64,000 nt of DNA from an uncultured virus (IMG/VR IMGVR_UViG_3300031836_000398) (lineage: Duplodnaviria; Heunggongvirae; Uroviricota; Caudoviricetes; Herelleviridae), in the IMG/VR virus record IMGVR_UViG_3300031836_000398; one strand, given 5' to 3'. The position numbers were made by a program, and so were the translations under genes. This document shows positions 21,085 through 30,998 of this stretch, piece by piece. How positions within the stretch are numbered: the stretch's first letter is position 1; each line of letters begins with the position of its first letter. A model generated the notes under the pieces. That model saw only the letters and a program-made list of their open reading frames with translations. It searched no databases and had not been told where the DNA came from.

Positions 21085-21321
21085 GGGTTTCTTCTTTCTC
21101 GTCGGAGGGGATTTCAATAAGTGCGCGTGTGCGCACCAGAACGACAAAGAACAGCCCTGTAGGGCACACCAGCCACCACGAAGTGCGGCGTCGGTGTGTC
21201 CCCAGAAACTGTTCTTATTGGCAGGCGAGGCGCCATTCAGCGCCCGCCTGGCATGATCCCTCCCGGCTACGCAACGCGTAGCTTGTTTTGCTTGCGCTGT
21301 GGCTGACTGCTCACGCAGTGG

Positions 21322-21786
21322 CTAGGCGCAGCCGAGGGTGAAGCTGTGACCGGTCTTGGCCTGAACGTCTGGCGAGCAGAGATCCAGCACCAAGGTGTTG
21401 ATGATCCATTCCTCGCGATTGCTGGCGATCCAGTCGGAGATGCGCGGGTCATCTTCGTAGTCGGAGGCGTCGAGGGCTGAGGTCATATCATTGCCCTGGG
21501 CGTCAAAGAAGACAGGGAAGTCCAACAGGTGCGACGGGTCTTCGTAGTCCACGTCGTTGATGACGAAGGCGCAGTAGGTAGCGTCGTTCTCGCGGCCGAA
21601 CTCAGCGACACCCTTGATCGTTCCGAGGGTGTACTGGGCTTCGCTGAACAGGTAGAGCTTCTCTACGGTTCCCAGTGCGAAGACCGCTAGGTCGGTGCCA
21701 GCAGGGCAGTGTTTTTCGAGGCTGTCGGCCAGGTCGCTGTGAACAGCGTCGAACGCTGCGTCGGTCGTGATGTTGATGTCAGACAT
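21322..21786 (-). CDS. hypothetical acidic protein
   Basis: GGAG RBS; 154 aa. Confidence 0.65.
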   Translation of the reverse strand: MSDINITTDAAFDAVHSDLADSLEKHCPAGTDLAVFALGTVEKLYLFSEAQYTLGTIKGVAEFGRENDATYCAFVINDVDYEDPSHLLDFPVFFDAQGNDMTSALDASDYEDDPRISDWIASNREEWIINTLVLDLCSPDVQAKTGHSFTLGCA

Positions 21787-21816
21787 GGGAGTCTCCGGTC
21801 TATGGGTTCGGGTCGG

Positions 21817-22053
21817 TCAGCTGGGGTCGTAGTCCTGTATGTCTATGTCGCGCTCAGTGACGGCGTAATCACCGTCGAAGTGTTCTTCGAGAGCAAGGGC
21901 GATCTCGTCGCAGTCCTCCATGCCGTTCTCGAAGGCATCGGCTGTTCCAGGCAGCTCCAGGTCAGCGAGCTCCGTAGCAGTGAGGGAGTAAGTCCGCTCG
22001 ATCGACTCGGTGATCGTGATGGTCAGTTGAGGTTCTTCAATGGTGTTGGTCAT
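21817..22053 (-). CDS. hypothetical acidic protein
   Basis: 78-aa ORF co-oriented with neighbours. Confidence 0.6.
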   Translation of the reverse strand: MTNTIEEPQLTITITESIERTYSLTATELADLELPGTADAFENGMEDCDEIALALEEHFDGDYAVTERDIDIQDYDPS

Positions 22054-22181
22054 ATTCTCGATTTCTGATTGGTTTATGAGTGCTTTTGTCTGAAACAGAC
22101 ACAGGTATAGTAAGTAAAACCTTGTTATTATTGCCGAATACGCAGGTAAACGAGCAAAAACGGTAACGAGGTGTTATAGAC

Positions 22182-22877
22182 ATGATGGGAAAGAGCCACC
22201 TTCTGGTGGGCACGGTGGTAGCAGCGTCTGGCGTGGTGGTGCTGAAGGCGCTAGGTGACGGCAGTTCAGCGGCAGCGATCACAAGCAACAACACTGTTTC
22301 GGCATGGCTTCACGCCTGGCCTCAAGCGTTGGGCGGGATAGACCCCCAGGCATCGCCGGGATGGTCAACGTCTCCTTTGAGCGTCGGAGCTGAGGTGGCT
22401 TCCAGTTGGTTGGGGATCCCCGAAACGATGCTGAGTGTGTGGGGCATCGCCTTCGCGGTCATAGCCGCAGCGCTGGTGTGGTTGGGCAGCCTACTTCCCG
22501 ACATCGACTCGAAGAATTCGTTGCTCGGTCGCCACGTTCCGTTTCCGGGGCCACACCACGGCTTCATGCACACCGACTGGTTCTTGGCGGTGTTGTTTAT
22601 GGCATCACTGTCAGAACCGACACGTTTACTCTTCTGGCTGTGGCTAGGCGCAGCGCTGCACTGCTGGATGGACGGTCTCTCGCAGGCAGGCCGCGTTCGG
22701 TTCTATCCTTTGGCCCGATACAAGATCATTTCTCTACCCGGCGGTAGCGGGGCCTGTGTGGCGCCGGCCGGCAACCACACAGCCTTGTATCGGGTCGGTC
22801 AGCTCAGCGAGGTCGTTGTTCTGGCTGCTGCTGCTGGACTGAGTGTTGCCGCAGCATGGGTATTGCTGGGGCCGTGA
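22182..22877 (+). CDS. YdjM-like membrane metal-dependent hydrolase
   Basis: MMGKSH, GSLLPDID, HHGFMHT and LHCWMD motifs plus TM segments. Confidence 0.85.
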   Translation: MMGKSHLLVGTVVAASGVVVLKALGDGSSAAAITSNNTVSAWLHAWPQALGGIDPQASPGWSTSPLSVGAEVASSWLGIPETMLSVWGIAFAVIAAALVWLGSLLPDIDSKNSLLGRHVPFPGPHHGFMHTDWFLAVLFMASLSEPTRLLFWLWLGAALHCWMDGLSQAGRVRFYPLARYKIISLPGGSGACVAPAGNHTALYRVGQLSEVVVLAAAAGLSVAAAWVLLGP

Positions 22878-22915
22878 CGTTTCAACCGGCCAGCCCCAGG
22901 GAACTAACTGGCCGG

Positions 22916-23884
22916 TTACTCGTCTTCGTCGTCGGCGCTGCGCCTAGCGATGAGGGAGATCGCTGCACTCATCATCAGAGGAATGCCGCTGCGGTGAGTG
23001 TTGTGCTTGTCGCGGTGGGGGATTACCTCTTGGGCAGCCATGTAGAGCAGCCACGCTTGATCGCTGTGATCGTACGCATGTCCTGTGTTGTGGCGGAAGG
23101 CAATCAACACAGTGTTGAGCCTGTTGTAGAGAACGCCGAGCACGGCGAACTCCCACCGGGAGATGTCGCCCTGGTAGGCATCGAGGTTGCGCTTGTGCGG
23201 CTGTCGAGTGACCAGATCGAGGATAGATTCCTCGCGGGGAATGTCAGGCTTATCGTCCTCGACGGAGATCTCCTGGGTCGCAACAACAACGGCGTCTTTA
23301 GCCAGGCTGGCGTAGAGGTCGTTCCAGCTGGGTGACTCGGGGATTACCCCTGTGCTGGGATCGGCGAAGCGATCTGCGGGGATCTGTTCACGAGTGAACG
23401 TGACCCAGTGTTCAAGCAGGATCTCGTACCAGCCGTGTTCTTCCTGCAGCACGGTCTTTCCCGCAGCGATGGGGTAGTCCCAAAAGTTGTCGGGCAAGGG
23501 CAGAACAAGGTGATAGCCGCGACCTGACATTGATAGCTCGCTGTATTGGGTCTCGGGGATACCCAGAAGCTTGGCCGCAATCTCAGGTGGGCAGGTTTTC
23601 TCGATGTCGAGTACCAACATCTCGTCGGCCTGGGCCCGAAGATGGAACGCGCAGTTCGCGGCGGTGGGCAGGAACTGGGTGAGCTCGTTGAGCGTCGTCA
23701 AGCAGGTCTCGTCAATTCGGCTTGCGCCGTAGACGAGCCCGGTGCGCATCAACTCTCTAATGTCGATCGGCATTTTTGTGTTGTCAGAGACCGTCCAGCG
23801 CGAGCGTGAAGCGATGCTCTTTATGTGGGGGTTGGTGTAAAAGTCCGGGAAAAGATCAGCCGGATCAGGCTGTGTAAGTGTCAT
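22916..23884 (-). CDS. putative AEP-family primase (prim-pol-like)
   Basis: LVLDIE (DxE motif I) and YSELSMSGRGYH (SxSGxGxH motif II); helical C-terminus with D.S..EF resembling PriCT-type domains. Confidence 0.65.
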   Translation of the reverse strand: MTLTQPDPADLFPDFYTNPHIKSIASRSRWTVSDNTKMPIDIRELMRTGLVYGASRIDETCLTTLNELTQFLPTAANCAFHLRAQADEMLVLDIEKTCPPEIAAKLLGIPETQYSELSMSGRGYHLVLPLPDNFWDYPIAAGKTVLQEEHGWYEILLEHWVTFTREQIPADRFADPSTGVIPESPSWNDLYASLAKDAVVVATQEISVEDDKPDIPREESILDLVTRQPHKRNLDAYQGDISRWEFAVLGVLYNRLNTVLIAFRHNTGHAYDHSDQAWLLYMAAQEVIPHRDKHNTHRSGIPLMMSAAISLIARRSADDEDE

Positions 23885-24013
23885 GGGCTGTTGCTTTCCT
23901 GGGTAGCGAATGGCGATGGGTGGGTGTGACTGTGAAACGGGAAAGAAAAGACCCGGAGCGCAAGGCGAGTTGTTGCTCGTTACGCTCCGGGTCTTTGTTG
24001 TTGCTGTGGCTAC

Positions 24014-24934
24014 TTAGCCGCTGAAGGCGATGCCTTTGGCAGCAGCTACACCCTCGGGAGTGTTCTCCCACGGGGTCTCGAAGGCGGATTCGCCGCCGGA
24101 GGCCGCTTCAGCGTTGTCTCGCGCAGCGAGCGTCGCGCGCAAGCGAGCGATTTCCTCGTCCTGCGACTCGACCGAAGCTGCAGCAGGTGCCTGCGCCTGG
24201 ACGGGCGCAGGGGTAGGTGCCTGTGCCTGAGCGGGAGCTGCAGGTGCAGCCGCGCCCGGTGCTGACGGAAGACCTGTGGACAGGTCGGTGTTAGCCGGAA
24301 GCACAGCGGTTTCTGCCTGCTCGTACTCTTCGGTTGCGCTTGTGGCACCCGAAGCAGCTGCCTCAGCGCCGGTGACTACTCGCGGTGGAGTCGCGAACAC
24401 GATGCCTCGAGCGCTGAGCTCGGAGGTGTTGACCGCCGTGTTGTAGTAGCGAATCGGCTCGTGAACGATCACGAGATCAATAGCGAGACCGTGCTGTGCA
24501 TAGTTCGCCGGCTTGTAGGTGCGAAGCACCAACGTGACGTCGAGACCTGCAGCGAGGTCGCCCGTGAGCACAACCTGTTCGACCTGACCGGCGTCGTTGA
24601 GCACACCCACGATGGGCAGGTTCGGCGACTTGTTGTCGATCGAGTAGGAGAGACCCTGTTCAGGCTTCTTCGCGGAGGTGTAGCGACGCTCTTGAACGAA
24701 CTTTTCTTCGAGAGACGGGTTGGCAGCGTCAGCGAAGACAACCTCAGCGTGGGCGAGGTTTGCCGTCGTGTGCGCACGACCAACGGGGCTCATGCCGTTC
24801 TTGGTGCGGCGTGCGTCCACCTGGGCGAGTTCGTCGCCCTCAATGAGCTTGGCGAGGCGCGAGTACGTGAGCTTGCCACGAACGTGAACGGTCTTGTCGG
24901 CGGCGATCTGTGTTGCGGTGATCTGGTTACTCAT
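24014..24934 (-). CDS. putative phage-type ssDNA-binding or replication accessory protein
   Basis: Beta-rich N-terminal domain plus Ala/Pro low-complexity tail; directly upstream of the primase. Confidence 0.4.
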   Translation of the reverse strand: MSNQITATQIAADKTVHVRGKLTYSRLAKLIEGDELAQVDARRTKNGMSPVGRAHTTANLAHAEVVFADAANPSLEEKFVQERRYTSAKKPEQGLSYSIDNKSPNLPIVGVLNDAGQVEQVVLTGDLAAGLDVTLVLRTYKPANYAQHGLAIDLVIVHEPIRYYNTAVNTSELSARGIVFATPPRVVTGAEAAASGATSATEEYEQAETAVLPANTDLSTGLPSAPGAAAPAAPAQAQAPTPAPVQAQAPAAASVESQDEEIARLRATLAARDNAEAASGGESAFETPWENTPEGVAAAKGIAFSG

Positions 24935-25033
24935 ATAGAGCCTTTCATTATGCGATCTGAAGATCGGGTTGTGCGGTTGGGGGAGACGGCAGACCTGGTG
25001 TCTGCCGATGAAAGCGGTGTTGCTGGTGGAGGG

Positions 25034-25540
25034 TTAGCTGTAAACCAGCTCGCCGAAGGTCGCCCACTGGGTGAGCAGGTCGGTGGTGTCGGCATCGCCG
25101 TCGGCATCGTCGGGCTGGTGAATGAGGTCGGTCGCTGCCGCAATCTGGTAGCGGTCACGGCTCACCTTGCCGTCAGCCATGGCGTGAAGCGCATCGGTGA
25201 GCTGACGGTAGGTGAGGCTCACTTCGTGATAGGTCACGATCATCGGCTCAAGCTCTCCACGCGAGAAGCTGATCTCGCGTGCTGATGGGTGGTCGGTGGC
25301 GGGCGCTGGGTGCTGCTCGCCGTCGTCCCAGTAGCCGAACTCCAACAGCACGGTGTTGCCGGGGTCGAGGTCGTGGAGGGCATCTTCGCGCTTGCCCTCT
25401 TCGGGTTCGTTGAAGCGGATGGCGCTGTTGATGGTCAGCGAGTTTCCGGCGAGCCAGTCCCAGCGGCATCCGTAGCCGTCGATCGCATCGGCCAGCGCCT
25501 TGAGGTTCACCAGTGGGTGAAGCGGGGTGGTGTCAGTCAT
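25034..25540 (-). CDS. hypothetical phage-like protein
   Basis: 168 aa ending DADTTDLLTQWATFGELVY. Confidence 0.65.
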   Translation of the reverse strand: MTDTTPLHPLVNLKALADAIDGYGCRWDWLAGNSLTINSAIRFNEPEEGKREDALHDLDPGNTVLLEFGYWDDGEQHPAPATDHPSAREISFSRGELEPMIVTYHEVSLTYRQLTDALHAMADGKVSRDRYQIAAATDLIHQPDDADGDADTTDLLTQWATFGELVYS

Positions 25541-25582
25541 GGTGCGCCTGCTTTCGTTAGATGAAGACTTTGCGTTGCGTAC

Positions 25583-25708
25583 TCATGCCGGCGTGTGGTC
25601 GGTTTCGCCACAAGCCATGCAGTAGAACGGGCCATAATTGCCGGGACGATGGGTGGAGGCGACATCCTTGGTGAAAGTGCAGAGCACTTCAGGGCCGTAG
25701 GTTTTCAT
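25583..25708 (-). CDS. 41-aa Cys/His microprotein (not in ORF track)
   Basis: ATGA overlap with the upstream stop; MKTYGPEVLCTFTKDVASTHRPGNYGPFYCMACGETDHTPA. Confidence 0.45.
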   Translation of the reverse strand: MKTYGPEVLCTFTKDVASTHRPGNYGPFYCMACGETDHTPA

Positions 25709-26013
25709 TGCTGAGCCTCAGAATCGTGTGGTTCGCCGAAGATCTCCGATGTTGGGATAGTGGTTCTCAGCGCGTGCTCGCTGTGGTCTTCCCACAGCAG
25801 AGTCAGGGGGCCGAGGCGCGTGAAGCGCACAGCGGTGTCTTTGCCCTGATAGAGCGCAGATGCCAGCCGACGAGACGTTGTGCGTCCCGTGGCGCGTTCT
25901 GGCTTGCGTGTGCGCCAGATGCTGTAGATCAGCACAGAGACCAAAGCGACCACGACGACGATCAGTACTAGCAGCAGAAGTGTCTTGCTCAATGCGATGA
26001 ATGTGATGTCCAT
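25705..26013 (-). CDS. small membrane protein
   Basis: GGAGG RBS; N-terminal TM helix. Confidence 0.6.
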   Translation of the reverse strand: MDITFIALSKTLLLLVLIVVVVALVSVLIYSIWRTRKPERATGRTTSRRLASALYQGKDTAVRFTRLGPLTLLWEDHSEHALRTTIPTSEIFGEPHDSEAQQ

Positions 26014-26180
26014 TTCAGACCTCCGGTCTGTGTATTTGTTTGTGTAAACCGGGTGAAGAAAATGTTCAGAGTCATCCCGGTCCGATCCACACCACCCCCG
26101 GAGCGCGACAGCGCTCTACGGCTATACAGCCGTACTGCCTTTTGCGGGAGGTGACATGGATCGAACATCGAGTGATAGCC

Positions 26181-27689
26181 CTAGAAGATGACCTCGTCGA
26201 GGTCACTGAACTCGTCAATCAACGAGTCGAGATCGAGATCGTCGAAATCGTCGATTGCCGCGATGGCTACTGCGTCCAAGAGATTCGTCATGGTGCGTGC
26301 TTTCCGCGCCAGGGAGACGGGCAAGCGAGCATCGTGAGTGCCCTTGGTGATCAGCCGATGGATGGTCACCGGGAACTTCTGACCCATTCGAGCAAGACGT
26401 CCGTTTGTCTGGATGTAGTGCTCAAGCGAGTAGGGCAGGGTGTACCAGATCAACGTGTTGCCACCGTCTTGGAAGTTCAGGCCGTGGCCTGCACTTGCCG
26501 GGTGGATCAACAGCACGCCGATCTTGCCTTCGTTCCATTCCTGGAGCATTGATCGTGAACCATCGAAGGCCTGCACGTCGTGGCCGAGAGCTGCCAACTT
26601 GCTCAGCAGCTCGGCTCTATCCGAGCGGAACATGTGCGCGATCAAGACCGATCCAGGTGTGTTGCGGATGAGGTAATCCGCCATCTGGATCTTGTTGTCG
26701 TGGAGAACGCGATAGTTCTTCTTGTCGTCGATGTAGAGCGTTCCGGAAGCAAACTGCACCAACTTGTTCGTAAGAACAGCCTGATTCAACGCCACGATGG
26801 TGTGGACGGGTTGGCCCGGATTCTCGGCGACAAGGTCGAGTACAAGTTCCTTTTTGAACTTCTTGTACGCGTCCATGAGGCTCTTATCCAGCGTCACGTT
26901 GACGTCTTCGATCGAGACATCGGGCATGGACACCGCTGTGTTCTCGGTGCTCATGACCAAATGCTGAACTCGGGCGTAAATCTCTTCAGCTGCGCCGTAC
27001 TTCAGCTCCCAAGCGATCGGCCGGTTGTTCGCGTACCTCGTGACAATGAAGTACTTCGCTTTGTAGGCCGAGAACGACGTACCCAGAGCAAGTCCCTGGT
27101 CGAGCAGATACACCTGCGCCCAGAGGTCAAGAAGACCGTTGGGTGTGGGTGTGCCGGTGAGCTCGATGAGCCGGATGATTGCTGGTCGGGCTTGCTTCAT
27201 CGCCTTGAAGCGGTTCGCCGAGGGGTCTTTGAACCCCTGCGACTCGTCGATGATCACCGTGGGAAACGGCCACTGGAATTGCTCCTTGCCGTTGACTCTG
27301 GTGGTGGGCATGTTTTCGACCAGATCCTTGACCAGATCCTGGTTGATGAAGTACATCGTCGGCGGCGCAGCGAACGCCTCGGCGTATGCCTCCAAACGCT
27401 TGGCGCGACTGAGTTTCTTGTCGTTGTCGTTGACGATGAGCGACTTCGTGCGAAGTGGGATGCCCCACTTCTCAATCTCGTTGATCCAAGTGGAACGAGC
27501 GATATTGATCGGTGCGACGACCAAGATGTGGCCTGCAGGTCGGATCGTTGCGAGTGCGATGAGAACCGTCAGGGTCTTACCGCCGCCGACGCCAAGGAAA
27601 ACTCCTGCGTGGGGTTGACCGATGATGAAGCTCTTGACGATCTCTTGGTGCTCGAGCAGCTCGGGCATTGCTGTTGTCGTTGTTGACAT
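26181..27689 (-). CDS. SNF2-family (phage-type) helicase
   Basis: GVGGGKT, IIDESQ, LTGTP, HPASAGHGLN and QTNGRLARMGQ motifs. Confidence 0.9.
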   Translation of the reverse strand: MSTTTTAMPELLEHQEIVKSFIIGQPHAGVFLGVGGGKTLTVLIALATIRPAGHILVVAPINIARSTWINEIEKWGIPLRTKSLIVNDNDKKLSRAKRLEAYAEAFAAPPTMYFINQDLVKDLVENMPTTRVNGKEQFQWPFPTVIIDESQGFKDPSANRFKAMKQARPAIIRLIELTGTPTPNGLLDLWAQVYLLDQGLALGTSFSAYKAKYFIVTRYANNRPIAWELKYGAAEEIYARVQHLVMSTENTAVSMPDVSIEDVNVTLDKSLMDAYKKFKKELVLDLVAENPGQPVHTIVALNQAVLTNKLVQFASGTLYIDDKKNYRVLHDNKIQMADYLIRNTPGSVLIAHMFRSDRAELLSKLAALGHDVQAFDGSRSMLQEWNEGKIGVLLIHPASAGHGLNFQDGGNTLIWYTLPYSLEHYIQTNGRLARMGQKFPVTIHRLITKGTHDARLPVSLARKARTMTNLLDAVAIAAIDDFDDLDLDSLIDEFSDLDEVIF

Positions 27690-27722
27690 GGCGCTCCCTT
27701 CCGGTTGCTTGAGTTGGGCTGG

Positions 27723-28157
27723 TTATGCAGCCGATTCGTGGTGGACGCACAGCGGATCGCACGTCAGATGAGTGCCGAGACCCATGCGACATTCAGGGCA
27801 TCGGTGGCGGCATGTGACCAAGCAGTCGTGTGTGCTTGGTGGTGCCTTGGGTTTCTTTGGTCGCGCCGGCTTGGTTGCACTGGTCAGCTCAGTCAGCAGC
27901 TCGTCGACGAGATCCTGGCTGTCGATGACATCGACACGGGCGCTGTAGTCCCGCATTTCCTGGATGATGACTTCCTGCAGTCGCCGCGGTGTTTCTCCAG
28001 GAGCTTTCAGCTCCACGAAGATGGTGTGACCGTGACCGATGAGAACCCGATCGGGCACTCCGCTTCGACCCGGCGAGGTGAATTTGAAGCAGAGGAAGCC
28101 CTGCTTTTTTGCTTGGGCAACGAGATGTTTCTCGATGATTGATTCAGGGGTGGCCAT
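27723..28157 (-). CDS. VRR-NUC domain nuclease
   Basis: ESIIE, KFTSPGRSGVPDR and FVELKAPG...LQ motifs; adjacent to SNF2. Confidence 0.88.
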   Translation of the reverse strand: MATPESIIEKHLVAQAKKQGFLCFKFTSPGRSGVPDRVLIGHGHTIFVELKAPGETPRRLQEVIIQEMRDYSARVDVIDSQDLVDELLTELTSATKPARPKKPKAPPSTHDCLVTCRHRCPECRMGLGTHLTCDPLCVHHESAA

Positions 28158-28268
28158 AGGCTCGACTCCTTTGGTTGGGCGGCTGGTGTGAGGGTGTGGG
28201 CGCACAGCAAAGGGCGACGACCCGGATGTGAAATCCAGATCGCCGCCCTTGTGGCTGCTGTGTTGCGG

Positions 28269-28739
28269 CTAGTTAGCCGGCGCTTTCACCAATAGCGAAA
28301 AGCCCTCGTCGTGTCTCCACTTTTCAGTGATGTTGAAACCGGCATCGGTGATGAGCGTTTCAAAGGCGCTGAGATCCTCAGCAGTGAAAGACCAACGCCG
28401 TGCTCCGCGGCTTGCTGAATACGGCGCACCGTGTTGAACGGAAATCAAGCCCTGCTTGCCATTGACAAGGACGGTGTTGTTTCCCGTCGGTTCAAGCGCG
28501 CGGTGGCCGGGGCCTATGCGGTCTCGGATGCGCTTTAGCGCAACTTCGATGCCGTCTATCTGGGCCCGCGTGGGGAACTCTGGGCGAAGGGTTAGCTGCA
28601 ACTCTTCGACCTCGTCGGCCATTTCGCGTTGCTGGGCTCGAGTTTGCGCGACGATGCTGTCCAGTCGACGACTCTTATCCTCCAGCTCCGCGATCCTCTC
28701 GCGGGTTTCTTTCGGTGTGACGGTGGTGGTGGTTGACAC
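28269..28739 (-). CDS. hypothetical protein (N-terminal coiled coil)
   Basis: AAAGGAG RBS, GTG start. Confidence 0.6.
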   Translation of the reverse strand: MSTTTTVTPKETRERIAELEDKSRRLDSIVAQTRAQQREMADEVEELQLTLRPEFPTRAQIDGIEVALKRIRDRIGPGHRALEPTGNNTVLVNGKQGLISVQHGAPYSASRGARRWSFTAEDLSAFETLITDAGFNITEKWRHDEGFSLLVKAPAN

Positions 28740-28787
28740 TGGGTGGCTCCTTTCAGGGCTCGTTGGTCTGGCCAGCGGTAGGCGGAG

Positions 28788-29042
28788 CTACTTGTCGCTT
28801 GCGGTGTTGAGAGCTTCTTCGACGCGATCGGCAAGATCTTCGATGTTGCTAAGAACGTCCGACCATTCCCAGTCCTCGAATGGACGCCAGACAGAGACGT
28901 AATCGGGGCACTTTTGAGCGCCGAATACATCAGCCGGGTCGCCCTCCCACTCGGAGAGGTAGTCGTTCAGAGCGATTGTCTGAGCGATCTGCTTGTTGGT
29001 GGTTGCTACGAATGGAGCGGGTGCGATTGCCATACTGGTCAT
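28788..29042 (-). CDS. hypothetical protein
   Basis: Overlaps the rarA stop (ATGA). Confidence 0.6.
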   Translation of the reverse strand: MTSMAIAPAPFVATTNKQIAQTIALNDYLSEWEGDPADVFGAQKCPDYVSVWRPFEDWEWSDVLSNIEDLADRVEEALNTASDK

Positions 29043-30337
29043 GGTTTCTTCTCCTGTGGGGAATTGATGCGGTCGATGCCGCTCATGCGGTTTTGGATGG
29101 TTTGCTCGAATCCGTTCTGGGTCGGCTGGTAATACTTCGTGCCGAGTGCTTCATCGGGCAGATACTGCTGCGCGACGACGTTGAACGGGAAGTCGTGCGG
29201 GAACAGATAGCCGGTGCCGTGGCCTAGTGACTTGGCTCCGGGGTAGTGCGCATCACGAAGGTGCATGGGCACCTCGCCGGTTTTACCGGCGCGAACGTCA
29301 GCCAACGCCTGGTCGATGCCCTGGATTACTCCAGGCGACTTGGGCGCCGTGGCGATAGCGATGACAGCCTGGGCGAGATTGATCCGAGCCTCAGGCATAC
29401 CGATCAGCTGCACGGCTTGTGCAGCAGCTACAGCGACGCCCAGCACGCTGGGGTCAGCCATACCGACGTCCTCGCTGGCGTGGACGACGATTCTGCGGGC
29501 GATGAAGCGAGGATCTTCTCCGGCTTCGATCATGCGAGCAAGCCAATGCAACGCGGCTTGAGGGTCGCTGCCACGCATGGACTTGATGAACGCAGAGATC
29601 ACGTCATAGTGCTGGTCGCCGTTCTTGTCGTAGCGAGCAACAGCCCTGTCCACAGCCGAAGCAATGATCTCGACGGTGATTGTGTCGAGGCTCTGGGCAA
29701 GAGCCGACGCTGCGGCTTCCTCGAGGTAGGTGAGCGCCCTACGAGCGTCGCCGCTGGCCAAGTCGGCCAGAAGCTCTACGGTGCCTTCAGCGGCCTTTAC
29801 AGAGCCGTTGAGACCGTTCCGGTGACTCAGTGCTCGGGTGAGCACTTCGGCGATGTCTGCGTCCGTGAGGGGGCGCAGAACTAGCAGCAGAGAGCGTGAC
29901 AGCAACGCCGCGTTGACCGAGAAGCTCGGGTTCTCCGTGGTGGCGCCGATCAGCGTAACTGTGCGGTTCTCTACAGCGGGTAGAAGCACGTCTTGCTGTG
30001 CCTTCGAGAAGCGGTGTACCTCGTCGATGAACAGCACAGTTTCGTGGCCATCGGTGTCGCGAGCTTTCTTGGCAGCCGTGATTGCATCACGGACGTCCTT
30101 GACGCCGGCCGACGTAGCCGAGAGCTCAACGAAGCGTTGCTTCGTGCTCAGGGCTACGACGTTGGCAATCGTTGACTTGCCGGTTCCAGGAGGCCCCCAG
30201 AGGATCACCGATGTGGTGTCTGCACTTTCGGCGAGACGGCGCAGCGCCGAGCCGGGGCCCAGCAAATGTTGCTGGCCGACGACTTCGTCTAATAGTGCGG
30301 GTCGCATACGAGCGGCCAGAGGTTGATTGGTAACCAC
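29039..30337 (-). CDS. rarA: replication-associated recombination protein A (RarA/MgsA)
   Basis: PLAARMRP, GPPGTGKS, FIDEVHRF, GATTENPSF, HYDVISAFIKSMRGSD and HLRDAHY motifs. Confidence 0.95.
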   Translation of the reverse strand: MVTNQPLAARMRPALLDEVVGQQHLLGPGSALRRLAESADTTSVILWGPPGTGKSTIANVVALSTKQRFVELSATSAGVKDVRDAITAAKKARDTDGHETVLFIDEVHRFSKAQQDVLLPAVENRTVTLIGATTENPSFSVNAALLSRSLLLVLRPLTDADIAEVLTRALSHRNGLNGSVKAAEGTVELLADLASGDARRALTYLEEAAASALAQSLDTITVEIIASAVDRAVARYDKNGDQHYDVISAFIKSMRGSDPQAALHWLARMIEAGEDPRFIARRIVVHASEDVGMADPSVLGVAVAAAQAVQLIGMPEARINLAQAVIAIATAPKSPGVIQGIDQALADVRAGKTGEVPMHLRDAHYPGAKSLGHGTGYLFPHDFPFNVVAQQYLPDEALGTKYYQPTQNGFEQTIQNRMSGIDRINSPQEKKP

Positions 30338-30371
30338 GGGGGCTCCTGTTCTGTTGGTTGATTGCGCGGGA

Positions 30372-30998
30372 TTAGTCCTGCTGAGGCGGTTGCTGATGCA
30401 GCGTGAAGTCACCGCAGTCGTTGCCGTGAGCGGTACAGAATCCACCCTCGTCGACGACGGCTTCGGACTCTGTGGGGCAGGGTGTGGTGTCTTCTTTGGC
30501 CTCGGCTATCGCCAGGAGCTTGTCAAAGACGCCGATGAGTCCTTCGAGCTCATTGACTTGCTCCTGCAAGACCTGACGCGAGTACTTGTTCTGGTTGAAC
30601 CGGGCCTCATGAAACTCGCAGCAGAGGTCGGAGGCCGCAGGTTCTCCGGCTGCCCCGGCGTAGCTGCTGACGTAGCGCTTGGTGTCCAACAGCTTTTCGT
30701 GGAGAGCACTCAGAATGAGGCTGTGCTGCTCCTTGCTGAATCCGAGCTGCTTATTCGTCAGCTCATCCGTCAGCTCATTGCACACGGCTTGGCGCAATGC
30801 CGCGTCGTTTGCCGGGCCGGCGTGTGAAGTAAACGTCTGGTTCTGTTGGGGGAAGTAATGCTTTCCCCTCGAGAACCAGGCGCCGTCCGCGTCTTTGACC
30901 GCGCGGTCACCGCTGGGCGAGAAGTACCCGCTGGATCCGTTAGGTATCTCATCCGGATTCGGGAAGACGATCGCGCGATGTCGTGGCTCTTTGTTCAC
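30372..30998 (-). CDS. hypothetical protein
   Basis: GTGA overlap with the upstream frame; 208 aa. Confidence 0.55.
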   Translation of the reverse strand: MNKEPRHRAIVFPNPDEIPNGSSGYFSPSGDRAVKDADGAWFSRGKHYFPQQNQTFTSHAGPANDAALRQAVCNELTDELTNKQLGFSKEQHSLILSALHEKLLDTKRYVSSYAGAAGEPAASDLCCEFHEARFNQNKYSRQVLQEQVNELEGLIGVFDKLLAIAEAKEDTTPCPTESEAVVDEGGFCTAHGNDCGDFTLHQQPPQQD

